64,000 bases of DNA from contig OZ245015.1 of assembly GCA_965223705.1 (NCBI GenBank), positions 1,410,582 through 1,474,581 of the forward strand, written 5' to 3'. This DNA comes from Myxococcota bacterium (GTDB lineage Bacteria; Myxococcota_A; UBA9160; UBA6930). Positions 46,108 to 57,728 of this stretch are shown here, in pieces; within the stretch, counting starts at the first letter, position 1, and each line of letters opens with the position of its first letter. Both the position numbers and the translations under genes were made by a program. Under the pieces are notes generated by a model. The model was not told the DNA's origin, made no database searches, and worked only from the letters and a program-made list of their open reading frames with translations.

Positions 46108-46503
46108 ATGATGACTGACCCGCTTGGAGACATGTTGACCCGGATCCGCAACGCGTGTCGCGCCGGACACTCGGGGACGCACTGTCCGCCCTCCCGATTG
46201 AAGATTGCGGTCGCTGAAGCGATGAAAATGGAGGGATTTCTCGAGAGCGTCGAGGTCGACGCGGGCGATGGGAAGCCGGAACTCAAGATCGAGATCCGCT
46301 ACGGCGGCGACGGCGAGGCCATTCTCGACGGGCTTCGCCGTGTCAGTCGGCCGAGCCGACGTGTTTACGTGGGCGTCGCCGAGATTCCGAAGGTCCGCAA
46401 CGGTCTCGGAGTTGCGATCTTGTCGACGCCGAAGGGGATTTTGTCGGACCGGGCCGCCCGCGAAGCGAACGTGGGCGGCGAAGTCCTGTGTGAGGTCTGG
46501 TAG
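46108..46503 (+). CDS. rpsH: 30S ribosomal protein S8
   Basis: MTDPLGDMLTRIRNA...GVAILSTPKGILSDRAAREANVGGEVLCEVW. It starts only 10 nt after rplE, so no rpsN fits between them. Confidence 0.97.
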   Translation: MMTDPLGDMLTRIRNACRAGHSGTHCPPSRLKIAVAEAMKMEGFLESVEVDAGDGKPELKIEIRYGGDGEAILDGLRRVSRPSRRVYVGVAEIPKVRNGLGVAILSTPKGILSDRAAREANVGGEVLCEVW

Positions 46504-46505
46504 GC

Positions 46506-47042
46506 ATGTCGCGAATCGGCCGACAAGTGATCGCGCTACCGAGTGGCGTCGAAGTGACCATCGGCGACGGGGAAGTCCACGTCAAAGGGCCGAAGGGCAG
46601 CCTGTCCGAGCGCTTTCCAAACGTCGTTACGATCGAGCTCGCCGACGGTGAGATCCGTGTGACGCGCGGGGACGACAAGAAGTTCTCGAAGTCCGCCCAC
46701 GGCCTCGTGCGCTCCCTGATTGCGAACATGGTTCAGGGTGTCACCGAGGGTTTTTCGCGAGAGCTCGAGATTCAAGGCGTGGGTTACCGGGCCGAGGCGG
46801 CGGGAAAGACCTTGAAGTTGTCTCTCGGTTTCTCGCACCCAGTCGACGTGCCGGTTCCCGAGGGCTTGAGCGTTTCGGTTCAAGACAACCGCGTGAAGGT
46901 CGAGGGAATCTCGAAACACGCGGTTGGTCAGTTCTCCGCAGAGATTCGCGGGTTGCGCCCGCCCGAACCGTACAAGGGGAAGGGCGTGCGCTACGTCGAC
47001 GAATACGTTCGCCGCAAGGTGGGCAAGGCTGGCGCCGCGTAG
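46506..47042 (+). CDS. rplF: 50S ribosomal protein L6
   Basis: [17 protein letters not shown]...GVGYRA...[11 protein letters not shown]. Confidence 0.97.
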   Translation: MSRIGRQVIALPSGVEVTIGDGEVHVKGPKGSLSERFPNVVTIELADGEIRVTRGDDKKFSKSAHGLVRSLIANMVQGVTEGFSRELEIQGVGYRAEAAGKTLKLSLGFSHPVDVPVPEGLSVSVQDNRVKVEGISKHAVGQFSAEIRGLRPPEPYKGKGVRYVDEYVRRKVGKAGAA

Positions 47043-47047
47043 AGGTT

Positions 47048-47422
47048 TTGATGCGAAAGAAGGTTCGAAACAACGTTCGAGGCAACTGGCTGGGTCGCAA
47101 GCAGCGCGTCAGTCGCCGCCTGTCCAACACGGATCGGGTTCGCCTGACGGTTTTTCGCAGCGCGAAGCATATCTATGCGCAGCTCGACGACCCGATCTCG
47201 GGCAAGACCCTGGGCTCGGTATCCACGCGCAAGAGCGGCGTGGTCAGCGGCGATGCGTCGACCGGCGGCATCGAGGCGGCGAAGCAGGTCGGTGCGGCAA
47301 TCGCCGGTCTCGCAAAAGAGAAATCCATCGAAGAAGTCGTCTTCAATCGGAATGGCTTCCACTACCACGGGCGCATCAAGGCTTTGGCCGACGCTGCGCG
47401 CGAAGCGGGTCTCAGGTTCTAA
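47048..47422 (+). CDS. rplR: 50S ribosomal protein L18
   Basis: [17 protein letters not shown]...[29 protein letters not shown] 47051 is an alternative start. Confidence 0.95.
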   Translation: MMRKKVRNNVRGNWLGRKQRVSRRLSNTDRVRLTVFRSAKHIYAQLDDPISGKTLGSVSTRKSGVVSGDASTGGIEAAKQVGAAIAGLAKEKSIEEVVFNRNGFHYHGRIKALADAAREAGLRF

Positions 47423-47424
47423 GC

Positions 47425-47919
47425 ATGTCGAATCTCGCACGCCTCAACGCGAACGAATACGAATTGGCCGATCGCGTCATCCACATCAACCGGGTGGCCA
47501 AGGTGGTGAAGGGCGGCCGGCGCTTCAGCTTCTCTGCGCTCGTCGTCGTGGGCGACGGAGACGGCGTCGTCGGCGTCGGCATGGGCAAGGCCGGAGAAGT
47601 CCCCGAGGCGATTCGCAAAGGTGTGGAGCGAGCGCGCAAGCAGCTCCTCCGGGTTCCGTTGGTCGAGGGCACCCTGCCCCACGAGATCGTGGGTCGCTTC
47701 GGCGCCGGCCGCGTGTTGCTGCGCCCCGCGTCTTCCGGAACCGGTGTCATCGCAGGCGGGGGCGTTCGCGCCGTCGTCGAAGCGGCGGGGGTCCGCGACG
47801 TTTTGACCAAGACCCTGGGAACGAACAATCCCCACAATGTCGTTCGTGCGACGGTCGCTGCCCTTTTGGAGTTGCGCGATCCCGAAGAGCGACTCGCCGA
47901 GTTGGGACGCACGCAATGA
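47425..47919 (+). CDS. rpsE: 30S ribosomal protein S5
   Basis: In-frame ATG at 47425. [39 protein letters not shown]. Confidence 0.97.
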   Translation: MSNLARLNANEYELADRVIHINRVAKVVKGGRRFSFSALVVVGDGDGVVGVGMGKAGEVPEAIRKGVERARKQLLRVPLVEGTLPHEIVGRFGAGRVLLRPASSGTGVIAGGGVRAVVEAAGVRDVLTKTLGTNNPHNVVRATVAALLELRDPEERLAELGRTQ

Positions 47920-48098
47920 GTGGAAAAGTTCGGATCACACAGGTGCGCAGCGCCATCGGGTACAACCGGAAGCAGCGCCAAACGCTGCGCGGTCTGGGGA
48001 TTCGCCGCATGAACCACACCGTCGAGCTGACGGCGACCCCCCCGGTTCTCGGCATGATTCGAAAGGTGAGCCACCTGGTCAAGGTGGAGGAGATCTAA
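47916..48098 (+). CDS. rpmD: 50S ribosomal protein L30
   Basis: ATG 47916 overlaps the rpsE stop (ATGA). [33 protein letters not shown]. Confidence 0.95.
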   Translation: MSGKVRITQVRSAIGYNRKQRQTLRGLGIRRMNHTVELTATPPVLGMIRKVSHLVKVEEI

Positions 48099-48100
48099 CG

Positions 48101-48567
48101 ATGCTCGATCGCCTATCTCCCGATCCGGGTTCACGCCGTCCGCCGAAGCGCGTCGGGCGCGGTCCCGGTTCGACGGTTGGGAAGACCGCCGGTCGCGGAA
48201 TCAAAGGACAGGGTCACCGTTCGGCGGGCGAGGAAGTGCCGCTCTACTTCGAGGGCGGTCAGAACTCGCTCGTCCGTCGCATTCCGAAGCGCGGTTTTCA
48301 CAATATCCACGCCGTTCCCGTCGCTGCGGTGAACGTGCGCGATCTAGCTCGGTTGGGTGACGGCGCCAGCGTCGATCTCGAATCCCTGGTCGCCCGCCGC
48401 CTGGTCCGCCGCGGGTCGACGATCGTGAAGATTCTCGGCGAAGGCGAGTCGCCGAAGAATTTGAACGTGAAGGTGCATCGCGTGAGCGCATCCGCTCGAC
48501 AAAAGATCGAGGCAGCCGGCGGAACCGTCGAGCTTGTGCCGGTCCCGAAGAAGAAGGGACGTTCCGC

Positions 48568-48571
<4 letters not shown>
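48101..48571 (+). CDS. rplO: 50S ribosomal protein L15
   Basis: In-frame ATG at 48101. KRVGRGPGSTVGKTAGRGIKGQGHRSAGEEVPLYFEGGQ. Confidence 0.95.
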
Positions 48572-49877
<1,306 letters not shown>

Positions 49878-49881
<4 letters not shown>

Positions 49882-50459
49882 CCGCGAAGCGCCTCCTGCT
49901 TCTCGGCCCGCCGGGGGCCGGCAAGGGAACTCAGGCGCAGCGCCTGATCGACGACCTTGGCGTGCCCCAGGTGTCCACCGGCGACATGCTCCGCGCGGCC
50001 GTCGCCGCCGGCACGCCTGTCGGGAAGCGTGCACAGGCACAGATGGAAGCGGGTGAGCTCGTTTCCGACGAAGTCGTCATCGGTGTTGCGAAGGAACGCC
50101 TGATGCAGCCGGATGCGGCGGAGGGGTTCATTCTCGACGGCTTCCCGCGAACCGTCGCGCAGGCGGAAGCCCTCGATGGCTTGCTCGAGGAACTCGGCGT
50201 GAAGCTCGAGCGCTGCGTTGCGCTCGTCGTCGACGAAGAAGAGCTCGTCAAACGGCTCCTCAAACGCGCAGAAATCGAGGGTCGCGCCGACGACAACGAA
50301 GTATCGATTCGAACCCGAATGCAGGAGTACCGAGAAAAGACGGCGCCCCTGCTCACTTACTACCGCGAGCGCGGCGTGCTCAGCGAAGTCGACGGTCTCG
50401 GAACCGTGGACGAAATCGCCGAACGCATCGGCGCCGCGATCGGAGGCTCTACGGCGTGA
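49878..50459 (+). CDS. adk: adenylate kinase (short-lid form)
   Basis: [17 protein letters not shown] and [15 protein letters not shown] are present. The lid region has no Zn-finger Cys residues. Confidence 0.95.
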
Positions 50460-50569
50460 AAGTCCGCGCATCCGTCAAGAAGCTTTGTGAGAAGTGTCGC
50501 ATCATCCGCCGTCGCGGTGTGTTGCGCGTGATCTGCGAAAACCCCAAGCACAAGCAGAAGCAGGGGTAG
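50456..50569 (+). CDS. rpmJ: 50S ribosomal protein L36
   Basis: Not in the ORF track because it is under 60 aa. GTG 50456 overlaps the adk stop (GTGA). It translates to [37 protein letters not shown], with TAG at 50567. Confidence 0.92.
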   Translation: MKVRASVKKLCEKCRIIRRRGVLRVICENPKHKQKQG

Positions 50570-50579
50570 GAGCTCCCTT

Positions 50580-50963
50580 ATGGCACGAATCGCAGGTATC
50601 GACCTGCCGCGAAACAAACGAATCGATGTGGCTCTGACCTATATCTACGGGATCGGATCGACTCGAGCGCTGGCGATTTGCGAGAAGGCAGCCGTCGATC
50701 GTTCGACCAATACCGATCACCTGGGCGAAGGCGAAGTGATCAAGCTTCGCGAGATCGTCGAGCGGGAATACCAAGTCGAGGGCGATTTGCGACGCGAGAC
50801 GTCGCAGAACATCAAGCTCTTGATGGATATCGGTTGCTACCGAGGGCTGCGCCACCGGCGGGGGCTTCCCGCACGCGGCCAGCGGACACACACGAACGCG
50901 CGTACCCGCAAGGGCAAGCGCAAGACGGTGGCCGGCAAGAAGAAGCCGCCGACGAAGAAGTAG
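50580..50963 (+). CDS. rpsM: 30S ribosomal protein S13
   Basis: [26 protein letters not shown]. Confidence 0.97.
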   Translation: MARIAGIDLPRNKRIDVALTYIYGIGSTRALAICEKAAVDRSTNTDHLGEGEVIKLREIVEREYQVEGDLRRETSQNIKLLMDIGCYRGLRHRRGLPARGQRTHTNARTRKGKRKTVAGKKKPPTKK

Positions 50964-50970
50964 TTAGGTT

Positions 50971-51354
50971 ATGGTCAAAAAAGGCGGCAAGAAAAAGATC
51001 AAGAAGAACGTCCAGACGGGTGTGGCGCACATTCAGTCCACGTTCAACAACACCATCATCACGATTACCGATCCGGCGGGTGGAGCGCTGGCCTGGGCGA
51101 CGGCAGGGCAACAGGGCTTCAAGGGCTCCCGCAAGTCCACTCCCTTCGCCGCTCAGGTCGCAGCGGAAGAGTGCGCAAAGCGCGCGATGGAACACGGCGT
51201 CCGAACGCTCAGCGTGTACGTCAAAGGACCGGGCGCGGGCCGCGAATCGGCGCTCCGTGCACTTCAAAACGCGGGTCTGCGCGTTTCGATGATTCGAGAC
51301 GTCACTCCCGTTCCTCACAACGGTTGCCGCCCTCCGAAGCGGCGTCGCGTTTAG
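50971..51354 (+). CDS. rpsK: 30S ribosomal protein S11
   Basis: [18 protein letters not shown]...[14 protein letters not shown]...[18 protein letters not shown]. Confidence 0.97.
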   Translation: MVKKGGKKKIKKNVQTGVAHIQSTFNNTIITITDPAGGALAWATAGQQGFKGSRKSTPFAAQVAAEECAKRAMEHGVRTLSVYVKGPGAGRESALRALQNAGLRVSMIRDVTPVPHNGCRPPKRRRV

Positions 51355-51369
51355 GGCTAGAGGAAGGAA

Positions 51370-52401
51370 TTGATGCAACAAGAACTCGTTGTACGGAATT
51401 GGCGTGAACTCATTCGTCCTCGGCGTCTCGAGGTCGAAGACGAAACGCAGGGATCGACTTATGGCCGCTTCTCTTGCGAGCCGCTCGAGCGAGGTTTCGG
51501 GCAAACCCTGGGCAACGCGCTGCGTCGGGTTTTGCTGTCTTCGCTGCAAGGTGCCGCGATCACATCGGTCAAGATCGAAGGCGTCTTGCACGAGTTTTCC
51601 ACGATGCCGGGTGTGCTCGAGGACGTCAGCGACATCATCCTGAACCTCAAGGACGTTCGCCTGCGCCTACACTCGGAAGGACCGAAAACCCTGCGCGTGC
51701 AGCGGAGCGGAGAAGGCGTGATCACGGCCGGTGATCTCGTGTCGGACGACGGCACCATCGAGGTCATGAACACGGACCTGAAAATCGCGACGCTGTCGGC
51801 CGACGGCGATTTCGATCTGCTCGCCACGGTCAATCTCGGCAAGGGTTACGCTGCCGCGGAGAAAAACAAAACCGAGGAAATGCCGATCGGCACAATCCCG
51901 ATCGATTCCGCGTTTTCTCCCGTCCGGCGTGTCAACTACAGCGTTACGCCGGCGCGCGTCGGCCGAGAGACGGACTTCGACCGACTCAATCTCGAGGTCT
52001 GGACCGATGGGTCGATCGAGCCCGCAGACGCGGTGGCTTTCGCTGCGAAGATTCTGAAGGATCAGCTCGCGATCTTCATCAACTTCGACGAACCCGAGGA
52101 GTCCGCGATCGCGGCGCCGGAAGAGCCGGAATCCCTCAATCCGAATCTCTTCCGCTCCGTGGACGAGCTCGAGCTCTCGGTGCGCTCAGCGAACTGTCTC
52201 CAGAACGCGAACATTCGCTACATCGGTGAGCTGGTGCAGAAGACCGAAGGCGAGATGCTGAAAACGAAGAACTTCGGACGAAAATCGCTCAACGAGATCA
52301 AGGACGTGTTGGCGTCGATGGATCTGCACTTGGGCATGACGCTCGACGCATTCCCGTCGCGAATGGAACTCGAGCAGCGCGCCCGCGAGCGCGAGGGGTA
52401 A
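51370..52401 (+). CDS. rpoA: DNA-directed RNA polymerase subunit alpha
   Basis: [27 protein letters not shown] is present, with a C-terminal domain reading [24 protein letters not shown]. It starts 15 nt after rpsK, so no rpsD fits between them. ATG 51373 is an alternative start. Confidence 0.97.
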   Translation: MMQQELVVRNWRELIRPRRLEVEDETQGSTYGRFSCEPLERGFGQTLGNALRRVLLSSLQGAAITSVKIEGVLHEFSTMPGVLEDVSDIILNLKDVRLRLHSEGPKTLRVQRSGEGVITAGDLVSDDGTIEVMNTDLKIATLSADGDFDLLATVNLGKGYAAAEKNKTEEMPIGTIPIDSAFSPVRRVNYSVTPARVGRETDFDRLNLEVWTDGSIEPADAVAFAAKILKDQLAIFINFDEPEESAIAAPEEPESLNPNLFRSVDELELSVRSANCLQNANIRYIGELVQKTEGEMLKTKNFGRKSLNEIKDVLASMDLHLGMTLDAFPSRMELEQRAREREG

Positions 52402-52405
52402 ACCG

Positions 52406-52789
52406 GTGCGTCACCGCAAGCGCCACGGAAAACTGAACCGCACGAGCGCGCACCGCAAAGCCATGTTGCGCAATATGGTGACGTCGCTTCTCGATCACGA
52501 GAGGATCGAGACGACTGATGCGAAGGCGAAAGAAGTGCGCCGTCTGGCCGAGCGGATGATCACGCTCGGTAAGCGCGGCACGCTACACGCGCGGCGGCAA
52601 GCCCTGTCCGTCATTCGCAGCAAGCCCGTCGCGACGAAGGTGTTCGACGAGCTTGCCGACCGCTATCGCGATCGCGCCGGAGGCTACACCCGCGTGCTCA
52701 AGCTTCGGCAGCGCACCGGGGACGCGGCTCCGCTATCGCTCGTCGAACTCGTCGACGCGCAACTCACGGCCCCCAACACGGACGACTAA
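52406..52789 (+). CDS. rplQ: 50S ribosomal protein L17
   Basis: [37 protein letters not shown]. Confidence 0.97.
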   Translation: MRHRKRHGKLNRTSAHRKAMLRNMVTSLLDHERIETTDAKAKEVRRLAERMITLGKRGTLHARRQALSVIRSKPVATKVFDELADRYRDRAGGYTRVLKLRQRTGDAAPLSLVELVDAQLTAPNTDD

Positions 52790-53311
52790 GTGCCGTCGCG
52801 ACGAGGGCCGGCGACCCTCTTGGCTTGCGCGGCCGTGGGAATCGCGGCCGTCCTCTACTTCACTGCCGAGCGCGAAGACGAGACCATCGCGACCGGACGT
52901 GCGGCGCCCGACTTCCAGCTCGCGTCGATCGACGGCGGGACCGTCTCGCTCGCCGCACAGCGCGGGCGGCTGGTCTTTCTCAACTTCTGGGCAACGTGGT
53001 GCAAGCCCTGCGAGGAAGAGATGCCCGCAATGGAGCGCCTCTATCGAGACTTGCGAGGCGACCGGTTCGAGATGATCGCCGTGGCCGTCGGCGATCAGGC
53101 CGATGATGTCCGCGCGTTTCGGGATCGGCTCGGCTTGTCGTTCCCGATCGTCCTCGATCCGGATCGCTCCCTAGCGACCGAGTACCAGAGCTTTCGTTTC
53201 CCCGAGACGTATTGGATCGACGAAGACGGAGTGCTCGTCGCCCGCTTTATCGGCCCGCGAGAGTGGGACGGAGAAGACTACGTGAAGCGGCTCCGAGCGG
53301 AACTCCCGTGA
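52790..53311 (+). CDS. TlpA/ResA-like thiol:disulfide oxidoreductase (thioredoxin fold), membrane-anchored
   Basis: An N-terminal anchor is followed by LVFLNFWATWCKPCEEEMP, which contains the CxxC motif. Confidence 0.8.
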   Translation: MPSRRGPATLLACAAVGIAAVLYFTAEREDETIATGRAAPDFQLASIDGGTVSLAAQRGRLVFLNFWATWCKPCEEEMPAMERLYRDLRGDRFEMIAVAVGDQADDVRAFRDRLGLSFPIVLDPDRSLATEYQSFRFPETYWIDEDGVLVARFIGPREWDGEDYVKRLRAELP

Positions 53312-53619
53312 GTGATCGCCTCCGCCAAGCGCTCCGCGTCGCACCGGCTTTTCTACTGGTGGCGATCTGTATTGCCGCTGCCAGTCGCGACTCCGGAATT
53401 CCGGCGTTGCTGCGGCTCGAGGCCGATCGCCGCGAGGCCGAGCACCGAATCGCCTTGGCGAGCCGATCGGTCGCCGATCTCGAAGCGCGCGCGACCGCCC
53501 TTCGAGACAGCGAATTCGAGCTCGAGCGGGCGATCCGCAACGACTTGCGGTTGGCCAAACCCGGCGAGATCGTGGTCATCGTTCCGGGACGAGAACGCGG
53601 CGAGCTGGCTCTCCCTTGA
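53308..53619 (+). CDS. ftsB: septum formation initiator (FtsB/DivIC family)-like
   Basis: GTG 53308 overlaps the upstream stop (GTGA). One TM helix, a coiled coil, and the terminal RNDLRLAKPGEIVV pattern are present. Confidence 0.6.
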   Translation: MSDRLRQALRVAPAFLLVAICIAAASRDSGIPALLRLEADRREAEHRIALASRSVADLEARATALRDSEFELERAIRNDLRLAKPGEIVVIVPGRERGELALP

Positions 53620-53664
53620 TTCTCATTCCTTGACGTTGCGACGGATGCCCGCGAGTCTCGCCTT

Positions 53665-55398
53665 ATGAAAGATCGTCTGGAAGAAGTGCTGCGCGCGGCC
53701 GTGGCCGAGCTCCTGGCCGGCGACCCCGACGGTACAGAAGTCGCCGGACTACAGGTCGAAGTACCGCGCGAAGCGAGCCATGGCGATTTCGCTTGCAATG
53801 CGGCCATGCTCTTGGCGAAGCGGCTCCGGAAACCTCCTCGGGAAATTGCCGGCCAGCTCGTCGACGCGTTGGCCGCGCACGGCGATCTCGTCGAGCGGGC
53901 GGAAATCGCCGGACCGGGTTTCGTCAACATTTGGCTCGCCACGGATCGGTTCCGCGACCAGCTCGTCTCGCTTCTCGCCGCTGGCCCCGACTTCGGCCGG
54001 TCGGCCGACGCCGCGGGGACCAAGGTTCAAGTCGAATTCGTCTCGGCGAACCCGACGGGCCCGCTCAGTCTGGGGCATGGTCGGCAGGCGGTTCTGGGCG
54101 ACTGCATTGCGCGCTTGCTCGACGCCACCGGGCACGACGTCACGCGTGAGTACTACTTCAACAACGGCGGCCGGCAAATGAGGGTTCTCGGCCAGTCGGT
54201 CCGCGCGCGTTACTTGGAAGCCCTGGGGCTCGCTGCGCCCCCGCGCGAGGAAGAGCTCAAGGACAAAGAGCTCCCGTGGCCCGAGACGATCAACGGCTTG
54301 CCCGTCGAGTTCCCGAGAGACGGCTACCAGGGGGACTACATCGCGGACATCGCAGCGGGGCTCCGCGAGAGTCACGGCGATTCACTCGTGGACGAGCCCG
54401 CAGAGGGGTTGTTCCGCGAACGGGCCGAGGAGACGATCTTCGCAGGCATCCGGCGGACCACCGATTCCCTGGGCATCGCCTTCGACGTCTACTTCAACGA
54501 GACGACGCTTTACGAAGAGGGCAGGCTCGACGAAGCGATCCGCGATCTGTCGGCGGACCAGCTCGTCTACGAAAAGGACGGTGCGACTTGGTTGCGAGCC
54601 ACGCAACTCGGGCTGGCACGTGACCGCGTCCTGATCAAAAGTACCGGAGAGCCGACCTATCTGTTGCCCGATATCGCGTACCACCGCGAGAAGTTCCGGC
54701 GCGGCTTCGACACCGTCATCGATCTCCAGGGCGCGGACCATATCGATCAGTTTCCCTACGTCCGAGCGGCGGCCGCGGCACTCGGCTGCGACGGCAACCG
54801 CATCGAGCTCGTGATGAACCAGTTCGTCACGCTGCGCGCCGGCGGTCGCTCAGTGAAACAGTCGACGCGCGCCGCGACCTTCGTCACGGTGGACGAACTC
54901 GTCGAGGACGTGGGCGTCGACGTTTTCCGCTTCTTCATGATCCAGCGAAAACCCGAGGGACACCTCGATTTCGACCTCGATCTCGCGAAGGAGACCGACT
55001 GGACGAAGAATCCGGCGTACTACCTCCAGTACACCCATGCGCGAACTTGCGGAATCGAGCGCGAAGCCGAAGCCCGGGGGCTGCGCTGCCCGGCACCGGA
55101 AGCGCTCGATGTCTCGCCGCTGGTGCTGCCCGAGGAGCTCGCGCTCGTTCGCCAGCTGGCGTCGCTCCCCGAGGTTGTGGCGGAAGCGGCTACGAGTCGC
55201 GAACCGCACCACATCGCGTATTTCCTTCGCGACGTCGCCGGCCTGTGGAATCCCTACCTGCAAGACGGGAAGCGACACCGCATTCTCGGGGACGATGAAG
55301 CGTTGTCGGTGGCTCGCCTCGCGCTGGCCGCGGCCGTTCGCGTGGTGATGGCGAACGGCCTCGCGCTACTCGGAATGAGCGCACCGGAGCGGATGTGA
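53665..55398 (+). CDS. argS: arginine--tRNA ligase
   Basis: EFVSANPTGPLSLGHGR is the class I HIGH region. A 577-aa ORF with a C-terminal anticodon-binding domain. Confidence 0.95.
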   Translation: MKDRLEEVLRAAVAELLAGDPDGTEVAGLQVEVPREASHGDFACNAAMLLAKRLRKPPREIAGQLVDALAAHGDLVERAEIAGPGFVNIWLATDRFRDQLVSLLAAGPDFGRSADAAGTKVQVEFVSANPTGPLSLGHGRQAVLGDCIARLLDATGHDVTREYYFNNGGRQMRVLGQSVRARYLEALGLAAPPREEELKDKELPWPETINGLPVEFPRDGYQGDYIADIAAGLRESHGDSLVDEPAEGLFRERAEETIFAGIRRTTDSLGIAFDVYFNETTLYEEGRLDEAIRDLSADQLVYEKDGATWLRATQLGLARDRVLIKSTGEPTYLLPDIAYHREKFRRGFDTVIDLQGADHIDQFPYVRAAAAALGCDGNRIELVMNQFVTLRAGGRSVKQSTRAATFVTVDELVEDVGVDVFRFFMIQRKPEGHLDFDLDLAKETDWTKNPAYYLQYTHARTCGIEREAEARGLRCPAPEALDVSPLVLPEELALVRQLASLPEVVAEAATSREPHHIAYFLRDVAGLWNPYLQDGKRHRILGDDEALSVARLALAAAVRVVMANGLALLGMSAPERM

Positions 55399-55862
55399 CG
55401 AGTCGGAGTCAGGTCTCTGTGAGTTCGTGGTTCACCACGCTCGTGGGCGCGGCCTTGCTGCTCGGCTTGGGGTTTGGGGCCGGGCTCGTTGCGGGCGTGG
55501 TGACCGAAGATCCCGGTTTGGTGTGGGCGCATATGTCGGGAGATTCCGTCGAGGCGCCGCTCCCGGCCGTCGCCGCCCAGGGCGGGCATCCGAAAGAGCC
55601 CGACCGACGCGAAACCGCGGTGCCGTCGAACGTTTTGCTTTCCGGGTTTTCCGTGCAGGTCGGCGCGTTCAACGAGGCGGGCCAGGCGGAAGCGCTGCGC
55701 GCGGAGCTCGTCTCCCAGGGCTTCGCCGCCTACGTCCACGAGTCGGGCGGCACACACCGCGTCCGCGTGGGCCCCGTCGAAGAGCGACCCGAGGCGGATG
55801 CGCTCGCCCGCGCTCTGGCGGATCAGCAGCTACCGACCTGGGTCCTCCGCGAAGGCGAGTAG
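55395..55862 (+). CDS. SPOR domain protein
   Basis: One TM helix, then a C-terminal FSVQVGAFNEAGQAEALRAEL...RVRVGPVEERPEADAL. GTG 55395 overlaps the argS stop (GTGA). Confidence 0.8.
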   Translation: MTSRSQVSVSSWFTTLVGAALLLGLGFGAGLVAGVVTEDPGLVWAHMSGDSVEAPLPAVAAQGGHPKEPDRRETAVPSNVLLSGFSVQVGAFNEAGQAEALRAELVSQGFAAYVHESGGTHRVRVGPVEERPEADALARALADQQLPTWVLREGE

Positions 55863-55869
55863 GAACGCC

Positions 55870-56775
55870 GTGCGGGTCATCATCACCGGCGCCGACGGCC
55901 AACTCGGCCGGGCTCTGATGGAAGGGCTTTCGGCGCGTCGCGCTTCCGTGACCGCTCTGGGTCGCACGTGCGACATTACCGATCCCACGAGCGTCGCTCG
56001 GGCGATCCCGGCTTCGTTCGATGTCTGGTTCAACGCCGCAGCCGCCACGGACGTCGATCGCTGCGAGCGCGAGCCCGACTGGGCTTTTGCGGTGAACGCC
56101 GCGGCTCCCGAAGCCCTCGCCCGGCGTTGCCGGGAGGCCGGGGGCCGATTTGTCCACGTTTCTACGGATTTCGTGTTCTCGGGAGCGGCGTCGAGGCCCT
56201 ATCGGGAATCGGACCCCACTAGCCCCCTGAACGTCTACGGGGCTTCGAAGCTCGAGGGGGAGGAGAGGGTGCTCTCGGCCGACCGGTCCGCTCTGGTGGT
56301 TCGGACGAGCTGGGTTTTCGGGGTCACGGGCCGCAATTTTCTCCATACCGTCCTCGTGCGAGCCCGTCGCGGCGAGGCTGTCCGGGCCGCAACCGACCAA
56401 GTCGGCTCGCCGACCTTCGCCCCGGACTTGGCTGCGGGCTTGATCGCCTCGGTGGAGGGTGAGCTGTCCGGTCTCTATCATCTCGCGAACGAGGGAGCGG
56501 CCTCGCGATGGGCCCTGGCGCGAGCGGCGCTCGAGGCAGCTAGTCTCCGGGCAGACGTTGTGGCGGAAGCCCGATTGGCCGACTTCCCGGCGGAGGCGGC
56601 GCGGCCAATGTGCACTGCTCTCGACTGCGGGCTGGCGGCCTCGAAGAACATCCGCCTTCGCCCATGGGAGCCGGCTGTACATGAGTTCGTCGCCCGGTTG
56701 CCCGCTGCCTCGGATCCCCTGGCCGCTGGTCTACCCGCGCCCCAGTCGTCGGATGGAGTGAGATGCGAAGACTGA
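55870..56775 (+). CDS. rfbD: dTDP-4-dehydrorhamnose reductase
   Basis: In-frame GTG at 55870. [34 protein letters not shown] and YGASKLEGE are present. Confidence 0.8.
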   Translation: MRVIITGADGQLGRALMEGLSARRASVTALGRTCDITDPTSVARAIPASFDVWFNAAAATDVDRCEREPDWAFAVNAAAPEALARRCREAGGRFVHVSTDFVFSGAASRPYRESDPTSPLNVYGASKLEGEERVLSADRSALVVRTSWVFGVTGRNFLHTVLVRARRGEAVRAATDQVGSPTFAPDLAAGLIASVEGELSGLYHLANEGAASRWALARAALEAASLRADVVAEARLADFPAEAARPMCTALDCGLAASKNIRLRPWEPAVHEFVARLPAASDPLAAGLPAPQSSDGVRCED

Positions 56776-57728
56776 ACCGAGTACTGGTGACCGGCGGTGC
56801 CGGCTTTCTGGGGTCCCATTTGTGTCGGGAACTCCTCGACGCGGGCAGCGAGGTCATCGCTTTCGACAACCTCCTGACCGGGCGCATGGAGAACATCGAA
56901 GACCTCCTCGGTCATCCGCGTTTTTCCTTCGAGCACTACGACGTCACGAACTATCTGTTCGTGACGGGTGAGCTCGACGCGATCCTGCACTTCGCTTCCC
57001 CGGCGAGCCCCGCGGATTTCGAGCGACTGCCGATCGAGATTCTCAAGGTCGGTTCGCTCGGTACGCACAAGGCGCTCGGCCTCGCGAAGGAGAAGGGCGC
57101 CAGGTTCTTGCTCGCGAGCACGTCGGAATGCTACGGCGATCCGAACGTTGTCCCGCAACCCGAGTCGTATTGGGGCAACGTCAACCCGGTCGGTATTCGC
57201 GGTGTCTACGACGAAGCGAAACGCTTCGCCGAGGCCATGACGATGGCCTACCACCGCCACCACGGTGTCGAAGTTCGCATCGTTCGAATCTTCAACACGT
57301 TCGGTCCGCGGATGCAGATCAACGACGGGCGTGCGATCCCGAATTTCTTTTCCCAAGCGATCCGAGGCGAAGACGTCACCGTGTTTGGCGACGGTTCGCA
57401 AACCCGCTCGATCTGCTACGTCGACGACCTGATCGCCGGCATCCTTGCGCTTCTCCGTTCCGACTACGTCGGTCCGATGAATATCGGTAGCCAGGCGGAG
57501 ATCTCGATGCGTGAGCTCGCGGAGAAGATCATCGATATCGCGAAATCATCGAGCAAAATCGTCAGTCGCCCGCTGCCGCCCGACGACCCGAAAGTTCGTC
57601 GGCCCGATACCACCCTGGCCGAACGCGAGTTGGGCTGGTCGACGAAGGTCTCGGTCGAGGAAGGACTCCGCCGCACCTACGACTACTTCGTCGCTGAGCT
57701 CAAACGGCAGGGTTCTGTTCAGTCCTAA
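56763..57728 (+). CDS. UDP-glucuronate decarboxylase (UDP-xylose synthase)-like SDR
   Basis: [48 protein letters not shown] and [12 protein letters not shown] are present. Confidence 0.8.
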   Translation: MRRLNRVLVTGGAGFLGSHLCRELLDAGSEVIAFDNLLTGRMENIEDLLGHPRFSFEHYDVTNYLFVTGELDAILHFASPASPADFERLPIEILKVGSLGTHKALGLAKEKGARFLLASTSECYGDPNVVPQPESYWGNVNPVGIRGVYDEAKRFAEAMTMAYHRHHGVEVRIVRIFNTFGPRMQINDGRAIPNFFSQAIRGEDVTVFGDGSQTRSICYVDDLIAGILALLRSDYVGPMNIGSQAEISMRELAEKIIDIAKSSSKIVSRPLPPDDPKVRRPDTTLAERELGWSTKVSVEEGLRRTYDYFVAELKRQGSVQS

